IMG/VR virus record: IMGVR_UViG_3300032268_000986 | Location: 248,001-312,000 of that record | Length of the DNA: 64,000 bases | Strand: one strand, 5' to 3' | Shown here: positions 1 through 9,128 of the stretch, in pieces | Layout: every line of letters begins with the position of its first letter | How positions within the stretch are numbered: position 1 is the first letter of the stretch | Made by a program: the position numbers and the translations under genes | Notes under the pieces: model-generated | Database searches by the model: none | What the model saw: only the letters and a program-made list of their open reading frames with translations | Told to the model about the DNA's origin: nothing

Positions 1-112
1 TGCCTCATCCTATGTGATTTACATCTACATGCCACGGAACCAGCGGGCCCGGGTTGTCGACTCACCCCGCCAGGTCCATTAGATAACACGATTTCCCCGA
101 TCATGCCATGTA

Positions 113-141
113 ATTATACACACAGATCAGTGAAGTGTCAA
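113..141 (-). promoter_or_regulatory. sigma70-type promoter TTGACA-N17-TATAAT driving a transcript that runs off the left edge
   Basis: Minus strand reads TTGACA cttcactgatctgtgtg TATAAT; perfect consensus with 17-nt spacer. Confidence 0.8.
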
Positions 142-157
142 TTGATTTGGAAACTTA

Positions 158-619
158 TTAAGTTTTAGAGTTCTTGCGTGTCATTTCACACACCAGCAAG
201 AATTTGTTGTAGGCTTCTTGCACAGCTGGGTGAGTCATGAGTTTGGCAGCTTCTTTTTGAAGCGCCGTTACACCTGCTTCCACAACGTCATGAGTGCTTG
301 CACCGTTCAAAGTGCAAAGTTCATCGCCAAACTCTTTGGCCAGTTGGTGCCATGCACGTTGTTGACCCAGTGTGAGCGGAGTTCTCTGTGGGCGCAGTTC
401 GCTGGCCTTGCGCATGGCTTCACACATGGCATCTTCGGCCACACGTCCAGCCGCAATCATGGCAGCATAATTGGGATCAATATGGTAACGACGACTCTGT
501 CCGCCGGGGTAGCACATCACAAGATGTGTACCTTGAGAGAAACTGTCCAAGTACTCACTGTCGTACTCACTCACAGGCACATACCTGCGGCCACGTTTTT
601 CATAATAGATCTTTTTCAT
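158..619 (-). CDS. hypothetical phage protein (153 aa)
   Basis: ORF in a tightly overlapping minus-strand run; no motif recognised. Confidence 0.75.
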   Translation of the reverse strand: MKKIYYEKRGRRYVPVSEYDSEYLDSFSQGTHLVMCYPGGQSRRYHIDPNYAAMIAAGRVAEDAMCEAMRKASELRPQRTPLTLGQQRAWHQLAKEFGDELCTLNGASTHDVVEAGVTALQKEAAKLMTHPAVQEAYNKFLLVCEMTRKNSKT

Positions 620-1062
620 CGATATTCTTTATCCAATTTAACATTGGTCAACCCTGCTAGAGTTTGAAATTGATCCCAGGCCGCTTTCACAGCGGGTCGA
701 GTTTCAAGTTCAGAATCCGGCAACACCGTTTCCAACCAGATTTCGCGTCGACGGCTTGGATGCGCACCAAACTTGCGAGGCTGATGTAGCTTGCCAGTTT
801 CCCACAGCTCAATGCTGACACTACGAAATCGATCTTCGTCTTCAAAACCGTAGCTTTCCCATTCAGGATTACTACCGCTGAAAAATCCACGCATGCTCTG
901 CATGCCAGAGCCGCCGCCGTAACCTTGCCAAATTCCTTGCCACTGCTCGTCATCACGTGGGTCAAAATCTGTACGAGTAATCAACACCAACACATCAGAG
1001 ATGTCTACCTTGCCGTCCACAATATCGCGCACACACCGACTGTAACTGAGACCAATTTTCAT
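616..1062 (-). CDS. hypothetical phage protein (148 aa)
   Basis: ORF with 4-nt overlap to the next gene. Confidence 0.75.
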   Translation of the reverse strand: MKIGLSYSRCVRDIVDGKVDISDVLVLITRTDFDPRDDEQWQGIWQGYGGGSGMQSMRGFFSGSNPEWESYGFEDEDRFRSVSIELWETGKLHQPRKFGAHPSRRREIWLETVLPDSELETRPAVKAAWDQFQTLAGLTNVKLDKEYR

Positions 1063-1065
1063 TTT

Positions 1066-1296
1066 TTATCCGCCAAAGTACTTGATCACAGCGTCCAGAT
1101 GGTGAACCATGATTTCGTTATCAACTACATCTTCAGGGTGTAGCCAGTATCCGTCGGGATTGGCTTCTGTGCGAGGATTTTTCTTCCACATCCGAAGTTC
1201 TTCTTTAAGATAGTTTCGTTGTTCTTTCAGTGTGAGCACAGTGATTCGATCCGCGGCTTCACCGTCTAGTGTGATGGGGCCAACACGTTTGCTCAT
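1066..1296 (-). CDS. hypothetical phage protein (76 aa)
   Basis: ORF coupled to the ligase stop (ATGA overlap). Confidence 0.7.
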   Translation of the reverse strand: MSKRVGPITLDGEAADRITVLTLKEQRNYLKEELRMWKKNPRTEANPDGYWLHPEDVVDNEIMVHHLDAVIKYFGG

Positions 1297-2666
1297 ACTT
1301 TTTCTCCTGCGTCAAAATCACGGAATCTCAAGAACCTGGGGAATCGGAGACTGTACGATCCGTCTTGGTTTTGAGTAACTGCGTCCGCTTGGACTTCAAC
1401 CAAGTGACCAAGTAAGTCATCCCTATTGGCCCAATACTCATCACGAAGAGCATCACTAAAGCCAGTACCAACATTAACACGAATTCTACGGTCATTGTCT
1501 TCTCCTTCACAAATTATAGCACCAAGACGATTTAAATTCCTACCGGTGCCAGGTTCAAATCCCACAATGGTCAAATCAACACTAATAGTGGGTTTCCATT
1601 TCATCCACGAATCACTGCGTTTGCAGATGTAGGGTGCATCCATGCTTTTAATCATGATGCCTTCAAAACCTTCGGCCACTGCATCTTCGGCAAAACGTTG
1701 CATGATATCATGTCCCTGGGCAGTGTCCAGGTCCACGTCCAGGCCCGTCATGGCACGTAGACAATCAGTTTCCAACAACCGATCTCGAGCAGATTCAATC
1801 CACTCAACACGCTTGTATTGTTGCATGTTGCAGTGACCTTCTTTGAAAGCATCCAAGGGCAATACATCAAAAATATGATATACCATGTTGTCGGTCTTGG
1901 CATCCGATTTGCGATGTGCCTGCTTCATGAGTTTCTGGAAGCTCTCGCCCACAATCTCACCGTCCAGTACAAAATGACCACCGGTGCCACGGCCGTATTG
2001 AAAGGCCCGGCGGTTGTCTAAAATGGCCTGTGCAATCTGCGGAAAGTTTTCAAACTCTTTACCATTGCGACTGTACAGTGTGCAAGTATTACCAGAAACC
2101 ACGGCCAGCACACGCACACCATCCAGCTTGACTTCCAGCCGCTTGATACCCCGGAGTTTTTTGGGTTGATCAGCAGAGTCCTGGGCCAGCTGGCAAGTAA
2201 ACACCGGAATCTTCCAGGTGGTGTTGCCCAGTACTTTGTTCAAGGTCTTTTCTGAGATGCCACAGCGCAGGTCCTTGATCAGCACACGACGAGCCAACAT
2301 GTTCCACTCTTCGGAGTCAAACTGCTGGCTCATTTGCTCAATGGCTTCTCTAGCACGATTGCCTGTGATTGATCTGGTGCGCAGGCCTTCTAACATGGCC
2401 CAGAACTGCGTCCAAGGATTGTCACGGCCAGTCAGGTTCTCAGTCTCTGGCACTTGCCTGATGCCAAACACATAGAATGGATTGTAGGCTTGATAACAGT
2501 TGAACAAGAAACACTGTGCATCGGCACTGCCCAACTTTGCGGCCATGAGTGCTTTTTCAATCACTTTCTCTTTGTGAATGCGACTGTCTGAACTTTCGAG
2601 ATCGCGTATCCATCCTGCGGCCATTATGGCATCAAACCTTGAGTGGCTGTAATCAGTTTCATTCAT
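1293..2666 (-). CDS. lig: ATP-dependent DNA ligase
   Basis: Motif I EVKLDGVR, motif III VLDGEI, motif IV FEGIMIK, WMKWK, OB domain with VGTGFSD and SLRFPRF. Confidence 0.95.
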   Translation of the reverse strand: MNETDYSHSRFDAIMAAGWIRDLESSDSRIHKEKVIEKALMAAKLGSADAQCFLFNCYQAYNPFYVFGIRQVPETENLTGRDNPWTQFWAMLEGLRTRSITGNRAREAIEQMSQQFDSEEWNMLARRVLIKDLRCGISEKTLNKVLGNTTWKIPVFTCQLAQDSADQPKKLRGIKRLEVKLDGVRVLAVVSGNTCTLYSRNGKEFENFPQIAQAILDNRRAFQYGRGTGGHFVLDGEIVGESFQKLMKQAHRKSDAKTDNMVYHIFDVLPLDAFKEGHCNMQQYKRVEWIESARDRLLETDCLRAMTGLDVDLDTAQGHDIMQRFAEDAVAEGFEGIMIKSMDAPYICKRSDSWMKWKPTISVDLTIVGFEPGTGRNLNRLGAIICEGEDNDRRIRVNVGTGFSDALRDEYWANRDDLLGHLVEVQADAVTQNQDGSYSLRFPRFLRFRDFDAGEKV

Positions 2667-2678
2667 ATACTTAATGCC

Positions 2679-3104
2679 TTACCACGATGAGTTATAGAAT
2701 ACTTTCAAGCCCAGGAACATTTCTGCACGAGCTTCTTGAATGAACTTCAAGTCATTTTTGTAGTAGTGCTGGTCAGAATTGTCGCCAAAGAAGAATCCCG
2801 ACGTTGCTGGCAGTTGACGTTTTTTTACTGCGTACTCTAGCGCATCCAAGTCCTCGGCGGTGAGCTCGAATTCAATGCCGTTGAAGTTGTTCACATCACG
2901 TAGTTCATTGCCTTCACGAGCCAACCATAATCGGGCCATCCAGCCGTGCAGGTTGGGATGTTTACGCCAGTAGGCAATCTCACGTGGCCGGTTCACGTTG
3001 GGATTACGATGCTCTTTGAGATTCTCGTCCCACTCTGCACCTTCATAAAATTCATCTTGTTGGCCTGCCTTGGCGGCCACGTATGCGTACATGTCAAGTC
3101 CCAT
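2679..3104 (-). CDS. conserved hypothetical phage protein (MGLDMY.../YWRKHPNLHGW type)
   Basis: ORF with AAGGT Shine-Dalgarno; N-terminal MGLD and YWRK motifs recur in phage proteins. Confidence 0.75.
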   Translation of the reverse strand: MGLDMYAYVAAKAGQQDEFYEGAEWDENLKEHRNPNVNRPREIAYWRKHPNLHGWMARLWLAREGNELRDVNNFNGIEFELTAEDLDALEYAVKKRQLPATSGFFFGDNSDQHYYKNDLKFIQEARAEMFLGLKVFYNSSW

Positions 3105-3115
3105 GTTCTTACCTT

Positions 3116-3253
3116 TTAGAAATGTAAAGGATTGCGTTTACGAAGGTGTGCCAGTGCGGCCTCTTTGCTGTCAAATCGACCCGAGATGGGTGTTTGATGT
3201 GCGCCACGCACAATGTACCAACCACCCAACACGGCATTGTATACCACTTTCAT
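3116..3253 (-). CDS. small hypothetical protein (45 aa, MKVVYNAVLGGWYIVRGAHQTPISGRF...), below the ORF-track cutoff
   Basis: Read manually; ATG overlaps the stop of 3253..3528 (TAATG) and the ORF fills the gap exactly. Confidence 0.65.
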   Translation of the reverse strand: MKVVYNAVLGGWYIVRGAHQTPISGRFDSKEAALAHLRKRNPLHF

Positions 3254-3528
3254 TATACTGCCTCCAACATGTTAGCAGGCACACGCCACAACATGCCACC
3301 GTCTTTGACTGTGACATACTTGATGGCCACTTTGGTCACAGTACCAGTCACAGCCAGGCCACGTTTGATGCTGTAAAACTTCACAGCATCGCCTGCTTTG
3401 AAAGTTCGAATTTTGGTTTTGCGAAGTTGCTCGCGAGCATACTGTACCGCATTGGTGATACTGGTGAGTTCATCGTTGGTAAAGTTACCAAACATGATTG
3501 CAGAGTTAATGTCTTTGATGTTCATCAC
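3253..3528 (-). CDS. hypothetical early protein, possible SH3-like C-terminus
   Basis: AAGGAG RBS and own sigma70-type promoter upstream. Confidence 0.75.
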   Translation of the reverse strand: MMNIKDINSAIMFGNFTNDELTSITNAVQYAREQLRKTKIRTFKAGDAVKFYSIKRGLAVTGTVTKVAIKYVTVKDGGMLWRVPANMLEAV

Positions 3529-3556
3529 AGGCTCCTTTTTGTTACACTATGCCTAT

Positions 3557-3585
3557 ATTATAGCAAATTGTGAATAATTGGTCAA
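3557..3585 (-). promoter_or_regulatory. early promoter TTGACC-N17-TATAAT
   Basis: TTGACC aattattcacaatttgc TATAAT. Confidence 0.85.
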
Positions 3586-3591
3586 CCGTTT

Positions 3592-3981
3592 TTATACAGG
3601 TTGGCCTGCTACCAGTTTACGGATACGGTGGCCCATATCCTCTGGCGTGTCGCCTTTGCCTGTTAACATGTAGGCACCGTACTCGACCATGTCGGCACTT
3701 TTGAACTCTAGGTCGATGCCCAGGTTCTTGAACACAAGGTTCACTTGCTTTAGTGTTTCTTCCACAGTGCGATGAACAATTTCTTCATGGCCGGGGTCAA
3801 CTTCGTCATCGTCGTAGCCGACTGTATCTGTCAGCACGTTACGAAAAGCCATTTGGTCGTCCATGATACAGAACTTGCCAAAGGCCTTGTTCAGGGTTTC
3901 GTCGCCAAAGTCCTCAATGTACTCACCAATTTCGTTAGTGTCAATGTCGTTAAGGTTTTCTTGTTTTGTGTATGTACGCAT
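3592..3981 (-). CDS. hypothetical acidic early protein (129 aa)
   Basis: AAGGAG RBS and own promoter. Confidence 0.75.
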   Translation of the reverse strand: MRTYTKQENLNDIDTNEIGEYIEDFGDETLNKAFGKFCIMDDQMAFRNVLTDTVGYDDDEVDPGHEEIVHRTVEETLKQVNLVFKNLGIDLEFKSADMVEYGAYMLTGKGDTPEDMGHRIRKLVAGQPV

Positions 3982-4012
3982 TTCTGGGCTCCTTTTTGTT
4001 AAACTATGCTAT

Positions 4013-4041
4013 ATTATAGCAAATTGGCAATTATTGGTCAA
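4013..4041 (-). promoter_or_regulatory. early promoter TTGACC-N17-TATAAT
   Basis: TTGACC aataattgccaatttgc TATAAT. Confidence 0.85.
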
Positions 4042-4057
4042 CCAGCATTTTGTACTA

Positions 4058-4462
4058 CTAAAGTAGTACAGCATTCAGCAGTTGATCTGTGGGCACACCA
4101 TGCACTTGGTATCCTTCCATGACAGTGTCATAGTAGTGCTGGCTGGGCAAGGCCGGATCATTGCCGGGTTGCATGCGATACACCCAGGCCAGCATTTGTC
4201 GGTCTTGTAGACAAATTGTGGCCTGCACACGATCGTAGTACCATGGATAGCCTTCCAGTCTGTCCAGGGCCTGCAGATGATACTGATCAATTCGCCAGGC
4301 CACGCCCTCAACATGGCTGTGCTCACAAGGTACCACGTCGGCATGATGTGCAAACCTAAACGAGTGCCCCAGTAACTGTGCTGGTCCCAGACTCAATGCA
4401 CCACGGCAACGGTGATGCATTTCCTCTCTATTGGTGTTCATTCCATATGCAAAATATATCAT
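4058..4462 (-). CDS. gamma-glutamylcyclotransferase (GGCT/AIG2-like) family protein; start probably 4462 rather than 4501
   Basis: YFAYGMN, LDRLEGYP.YY.R and AWVYRM motifs; the 4501 start lies upstream of the promoter. Confidence 0.85.
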   Translation of the reverse strand: MIYFAYGMNTNREEMHHRCRGALSLGPAQLLGHSFRFAHHADVVPCEHSHVEGVAWRIDQYHLQALDRLEGYPWYYDRVQATICLQDRQMLAWVYRMQPGNDPALPSQHYYDTVMEGYQVHGVPTDQLLNAVLL

Positions 4463-4468
4463 ACAAGT

Positions 4469-4497
4469 ATTATAAGATAAAATGAATATTTGGTCAA
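4469..4497 (-). promoter_or_regulatory. early promoter TTGACC-N17-TATAAT, 6 nt before ATG (leaderless)
   Basis: TTGACC aaatattcattttatct TATAAT acttgt ATG. Confidence 0.8.
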
Positions 4498-4504
4498 CCA
4501 TGAG

Positions 4505-4527
4505 AAACCCTGCACAGGGCAGGGTTT
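4505..4527 (-). terminator. stem-loop terminator after the outer-membrane protein gene
   Basis: AAACCCTGC-ACAGG-GCAGGGTTT inverted repeat. Confidence 0.7.
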
Positions 4528-4561
4528 TGTTGTGAAATTACAACAGTATTAGAACTTGTGT

Positions 4562-5113
4562 TTAGAAACTACGTGTGTAAAATAATCCAACAATGTTTTG
4601 ATCGCTGTCGCCACGCTGTCTGTCAAATCTCATGCCAACTGCATCCTGCTTTGTTAGTGCATAGCTTGCACTTACGCGAGCGGTGTGTGTTTGATCGTTA
4701 TTTGTTTCTGGATCAAAGGATGAACGATAGCGATATCCAACTCGGGTATTGAATGGGCCAATTGGCATGGTTATGCCAGGTTCAACTACCCAGTAACTGG
4801 TGTTGCCTTTGGTACTGAATCTTTCACCAACTGCGCCACGAACATATCCTTTTACACTGCCAAAGAGTGGAGCACTATAGGCCAGGCCGCTTTCGACGCG
4901 GGTGGTTATTGTCATAGCAGCGGTGTCGGCTTGTGTTTGACCGATGACAACATCGCCAGCAAGACTTTTGCTAAAGTCATGTTTGTAAGCCATTCGGTAC
5001 ACAGTAGCGTCAGACGAGTTAATGCCTTGAACGTTTCGTGTCTCTAAAGAAATACTGTCAGCCGCAGCCACAGTGGAAATGGCCAAGGCCAAGATTGCAA
5101 AGATTTTCTTCAT
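4562..5113 (-). CDS. exported outer-membrane beta-barrel-like protein (porin-like); start MKKIF at 5113
   Basis: Sec signal peptide MKKIFAILALAISTVAAA, alternating beta-strand pattern, C-terminal aromatic signature (GLFYTRSF), AAGGAG RBS. Confidence 0.75.
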   Translation of the reverse strand: MKKIFAILALAISTVAAADSISLETRNVQGINSSDATVYRMAYKHDFSKSLAGDVVIGQTQADTAAMTITTRVESGLAYSAPLFGSVKGYVRGAVGERFSTKGNTSYWVVEPGITMPIGPFNTRVGYRYRSSFDPETNNDQTHTARVSASYALTKQDAVGMRFDRQRGDSDQNIVGLFYTRSF

Positions 5114-5143
5114 GTAATTCTCCTTTGATAATGAAGTGTGTCT

Positions 5144-5172
5144 AGTATACAAGATTTGTACACAAGAGTCAA
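5144..5172 (-). promoter_or_regulatory. sigma70-type promoter TTGACT-N17-TATACT for the OMP gene
   Basis: TTGACT cttgtgtacaaatcttg TATACT. Confidence 0.8.
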
Positions 5173-5195
5173 GCTGAGTTGATATTATATCAACA

Positions 5196-7205
5196 TCAAC
5201 ATTGAACCAGGTTTACCGCACTGGGCGGTGTTATTTCGGCATCTGACGGAATTGCCAGAGCCGCAGTGCCAATGCCGGCAGCATCAAGCCGAACTTGATT
5301 CTGTGCCTGGCGTAATGACCCTACCAGAGCTTGTCCAGCCAAGATTGTGGTATCAGCAATTTCAGACAAGAACTGGTTTGGGCCACCGGCAACAGTCTGT
5401 GGACCGTATGTAGCTAGGTTTTGCACCAGGGCCAACACACTGGTTTTTTCACCAGATTGTAGATTGAAGTAATCAATTGAGGCCTGTGTTTGATATGCTT
5501 TTTCAGAACTCAATCTAGCAGCCATGTCATTAAAACAGGTGTTAAGGCTTGCCACTTGTGTGGGATAGCTTGAGACTACTGTGGCAATTTGACCAGTAGC
5601 AGTGGCAATAAGTGATTGCATGGCAGCATCGGATGCCGCGGTCTGCATGCTGTTGTAGGTGGCAGTGAGTGCAGTCAATGCTCCAGCTGTGATAAGACTT
5701 TGCATCACCGCAGTGGCACTGACCAAACACTCGGTATGCGTAAGTCCCAGTGCAGTGCCCAGCACATCGTTGTTGTTGATGGTGCCGTTGGCACCTGATC
5801 CAGTGGCCACCGAGTTGGCAAAATAACTGGTAACTGATGCATCCACCGGTGTGGTTTGTGCTTCAATCAAGGGCAGGTCACACATGGTGTTCAAGCCTCC
5901 CAGGGTAGCAGGTGCCCAGTAACTGGTGTTGGTAATGTCCGTGCCTGGCGGAACATCTTGTTGAGCACGATAGTTAGTGGGTGTTGTTCCAGACACAGCA
6001 ACCACACTGTTGGCTAGATACTCGTTGACTGAGTTCCAGGTCTGCGGTGTGTTTCCCAGTATGGTCTCGGCCAGTTCGGGCAACGTGGTGTTGTTGATGT
6101 TGCCAATTTGTTGCAGGCTGACCTGTATTGCTTTGTTGGCAGTGGCTGTGGATTGTGGGATTATTTTACCAAGTGCATCACAGGCATTGTTGACCGGCAA
6201 GTTGACTTCCACTGCCGGGGCCACTGCCGATGATACTGATTCAGGACCATTGTAGATTGGTATGGGCCCGTTGATGGTGGGTGTTTGCAAGGACTGGTAA
6301 CTCAAGGGAAATACCTTGACTGGATCCAGCAGATCTGCCATGCTGGCAATATTGGGAGTGGTCACATCAAGAATATCCAGCACTTGTGACAAAGCAGTGT
6401 CTTTGACACTGACCATGGCGTTGTAGGCCAGACGCTGAAGTTGATCAAACTCGTTTTGCGTTAGTCCATTGGGATTGAGCAGGCCATAACGGTTGTCATT
6501 GACTAGGTCTGCAATGTTGCTGTCAGTTAGTCCAGTTGCCAGCAATGCAGGTTTGACCAGGGGCAAGGTGTCTCCACGTATTTTTCCCTGTTGTGAAATT
6601 TGTTGCAACAGTCCAGCCGGAGTTCCATACAATTCAAGATTGCTTAGATCCACTAGATTGCCCTGACGTGCTAGATCAATGCCAAAGTTTTCAAGATCAG
6701 GATTCACACTGTAAATGTTGTTGGTCACAAGATCATTCATGTTGGTAAAGAATGGTCCAAGATAGCTGTTGGCATTCACTGCTGACTCAATGAAACTGTT
6801 GGTGGTTCCAAGATAGCCTTGCACTGCCATGAAGCCCTGTGCAAATTTTCCTATATCACCGTCACCAAGGTAGGCATTGCCAGTTTGTTCAATCAGGCCA
6901 GTGAAGCCGGCTGGATCAACCACAGGTGTCAGTGTGGTGTAGGCAGCAGGGATACTGTCGCCCAGGGCAGGGCAGTTGGTGGCGCCCAGACTCTGCAATG
7001 ACAGCAGGGTGGCAGCAGTGGCGTCGGTGGCATAGGTCTTGGCTGCAAAATTGTCAATTGCGGTGCGCAGGTATTGAATAGGTGTTAGACTGTTGAAAGC
7101 CAACAATGCCGCTGTCAAGTCAGCAGGAAGTCCGCCAATGCCGGTGTTGTTGAGAAGTCCAGCGGCTGCTGTGAGTTGAAGTGGTGATGTAACTGATGTT
7201 GTCAT
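5196..7205 (-). CDS. large putative virion/baseplate-associated protein (669 aa)
   Basis: Directly downstream of PAAR gene; Ala/Thr/Asn-rich; small W...Y.A...VP.G......YW module. Confidence 0.5.
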   Translation of the reverse strand: MTTSVTSPLQLTAAAGLLNNTGIGGLPADLTAALLAFNSLTPIQYLRTAIDNFAAKTYATDATAATLLSLQSLGATNCPALGDSIPAAYTTLTPVVDPAGFTGLIEQTGNAYLGDGDIGKFAQGFMAVQGYLGTTNSFIESAVNANSYLGPFFTNMNDLVTNNIYSVNPDLENFGIDLARQGNLVDLSNLELYGTPAGLLQQISQQGKIRGDTLPLVKPALLATGLTDSNIADLVNDNRYGLLNPNGLTQNEFDQLQRLAYNAMVSVKDTALSQVLDILDVTTPNIASMADLLDPVKVFPLSYQSLQTPTINGPIPIYNGPESVSSAVAPAVEVNLPVNNACDALGKIIPQSTATANKAIQVSLQQIGNINNTTLPELAETILGNTPQTWNSVNEYLANSVVAVSGTTPTNYRAQQDVPPGTDITNTSYWAPATLGGLNTMCDLPLIEAQTTPVDASVTSYFANSVATGSGANGTINNNDVLGTALGLTHTECLVSATAVMQSLITAGALTALTATYNSMQTAASDAAMQSLIATATGQIATVVSSYPTQVASLNTCFNDMAARLSSEKAYQTQASIDYFNLQSGEKTSVLALVQNLATYGPQTVAGGPNQFLSEIADTTILAGQALVGSLRQAQNQVRLDAAGIGTAALAIPSDAEITPPSAVNLVQC

Positions 7206-7206
7206 G

Positions 7207-7494
7207 TTAGCCTACGTTTACTGTGCCACTGCCAGATGATCTGGCATGACCACATGTGTCTGAATTGCCGTCCACATTGATGGCAATACCTCCGGCCTTG
7301 ACTGACCCAACACCACCAGAGGTCACTGCACTGCAATGCACTGGTGGACACCCACGACGTCCACAGCAGGGATGCGGTGTCACTGAAGTACCGTCCACAA
7401 CGACTGGGCGATTGTTGACTCTAACCGAGCCAACTCCGCCGCTGGCCACGCCGCCAGCACCGTTGGGATCACCTTGTCGTTGTGCCGCTGGCAT
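7207..7494 (-). CDS. PAAR-motif baseplate spike tip protein (T4 gp5.4-like)
   Basis: N-terminal PAAQRQGD, His/Cys metal-binding residues, DTCGH...GS.TV.VG tail. Confidence 0.85.
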   Translation of the reverse strand: MPAAQRQGDPNGAGGVASGGVGSVRVNNRPVVVDGTSVTPHPCCGRRGCPPVHCSAVTSGGVGSVKAGGIAINVDGNSDTCGHARSSGSGTVNVG

Positions 7495-7495
7495 G

Positions 7496-7804
7496 TTAAC
7501 CCAGTATCAACTTTTTCTCAGGCACCTTGATGCCGGTCACAGCTTCAATGTATTTCATGCGAACTGAATCATCAGTACGAGCATACAGAGCAACACTGTT
7601 GCTGTTCAGTGTGATGGTTTCCTGCGGGTCAGAAGTAAACATCGTGGGCACCAGACCCAGCCCCTGCGGCCCCGGAGCCACGCTGACCGGATCTTCCAGG
7701 GTGGCTGTGCTGCCAACGCACGATGTCACCTTGGCCACTAATTCTTCACCAGAGTTTAATTTAAAGGTATAAACTTTACCTGTTTCAAGTACAAGTTGCA
7801 TCAT
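7496..7804 (-). CDS. Sm-like fold phage protein
   Basis: VYTFKLNSGEELVAKV....L..P pattern typical of T4-like phage Sm-like proteins. Confidence 0.55.
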   Translation of the reverse strand: MMQLVLETGKVYTFKLNSGEELVAKVTSCVGSTATLEDPVSVAPGPQGLGLVPTMFTSDPQETITLNSNSVALYARTDDSVRMKYIEAVTGIKVPEKKLILG

Positions 7805-8022
7805 GTTAATTTCACTTTCAGTTCGTTAAATCCGCCCACTAACTCTTCGTCAATAAAGATCTGTGGCACTGTTCTAGCTGTGGGCACAGCTTCCAACAGT
7901 TGTTCTCGAGTCCAGTCACGACTCATGTTGCGTTCTTCAAATTCAATACCTTTTTGTTTGAGCAGGGCCTTGGCCTGGTCGCAGTAAGGACATTGATCTT
8001 TTGACCATACAATTGCTTTCAT
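7801..8022 (-). CDS. grx: glutaredoxin
   Basis: CPYC active site, TVPQIFID, GGF. Confidence 0.95.
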   Translation of the reverse strand: MKAIVWSKDQCPYCDQAKALLKQKGIEFEERNMSRDWTREQLLEAVPTARTVPQIFIDEELVGGFNELKVKLT

Positions 8023-8042
8023 TTAGTTTCCTCGGTTGTTAA

Positions 8043-9128
8043 TTATTGAAACGGTACTCTTGGGATAGTAATAATACTTGGAAGTGTGTGACTCTTATGG
8101 TCGTGTGGCTTGTGCGGCTTGTGCGGTGCGCCGTGAGGTTTGTTGTGTGCTCTCAAATCAGCTGACCCCAGGGCTTGGTCATAGTTGACTGCGCCTCTAA
8201 AACACCCAACAGCGTATGGAAATTCACGGTTCAAGTGATAGTGATAGATATTCTGCATCTTGCCGTCCCACATCACTGGATGAGTGTGTCCATGACATTC
8301 GTCCAGTTGGGCATTAGTGACCATTTTGCCATCATCGCCTCTGGGACCATAGATGCCAAAGCCGTCTAGGGCATAACCAAATAAAGGTGAATGACCTTCT
8401 GTGCCTTGATTGGGGAAACACTTCCATGAATAACCATGCAAGTGATATTGTTGAGCATAAGGATGACCCCAGCATTGGTCAACTGGCAACACTGAAGCTG
8501 GTGGGTACCATGCTGTGTTGCTGGCGTTTGCAATCTCAGCATGCCACACTGTGCCTGTGAGTGTGACACCAATTGGCAATGCGGCAATGGGATTTGGTTT
8601 GGCACTGACCTTGGGATATTTAGGTAGTTGAATATTTAAAACATAGGGACTAACGCCAATGGCTGCGGCACTGGAATAGTCTGAACCAGGAATGCCTGTT
8701 CTAAAATCGTGTCCACCGGGTGCCACACTGTAATATTTGTAAGCAGGGGTGCCGGGCTGTACTGGAAAGTCGCCCATTGGGGTATTTGGCAATCCATTGC
8801 CCACAAAATAACGATAGTTGGCATCTTCGGTAATGGCAAACACACTGCCTTCCTTGGCATAGTCCGTGGCATATTTGGTACCACTCACATATGGCATCTT
8901 TGCGATGACCACAGTGTTGTTTGTAGTATCCATCCAAGGCTGTGTGCTTAGTTTAAATCTTGTGTTGGCCGGAACTGCCGCAAGAAAATCTGCAGCCATG
9001 AACAGTCCATTGCGTTGGGCCTGGTAAGGACTTATGGTTCCGGCGCTTAACAATGTTGTCGGTGCATCTTGGGCCGCAACCACATGGCTACATAGAGCCA
9101 ATGCAAATGCTAATAAGATTTTTTTCAT
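8043..9128 (-). CDS. exported YHYH-domain protein
   Basis: Signal peptide MKKILLAFALALCSHVVAA; YHLHG, GYALDGFGIYGP, LDECHGH, YHYH motifs; His-rich tail. Confidence 0.85.
   Translation of the reverse strand: MKKILLAFALALCSHVVAAQDAPTTLLSAGTISPYQAQRNGLFMAADFLAAVPANTRFKLSTQPWMDTTNNTVVIAKMPYVSGTKYATDYAKEGSVFAITEDANYRYFVGNGLPNTPMGDFPVQPGTPAYKYYSVAPGGHDFRTGIPGSDYSSAAAIGVSPYVLNIQLPKYPKVSAKPNPIAALPIGVTLTGTVWHAEIANASNTAWYPPASVLPVDQCWGHPYAQQYHLHGYSWKCFPNQGTEGHSPLFGYALDGFGIYGPRGDDGKMVTNAQLDECHGHTHPVMWDGKMQNIYHYHLNREFPYAVGCFRGAVNYDQALGSADLRAHNKPHGAPHKPHKPHDHKSHTLPSIITIPRVPFQ

Noticed and set aside
623-651. Additional TTGACC early promoter before 158..619
   Set aside because: The -35 is present but the hexamer at 17-nt spacing (AGAATA) is a poor -10, so it is not reported as a feature
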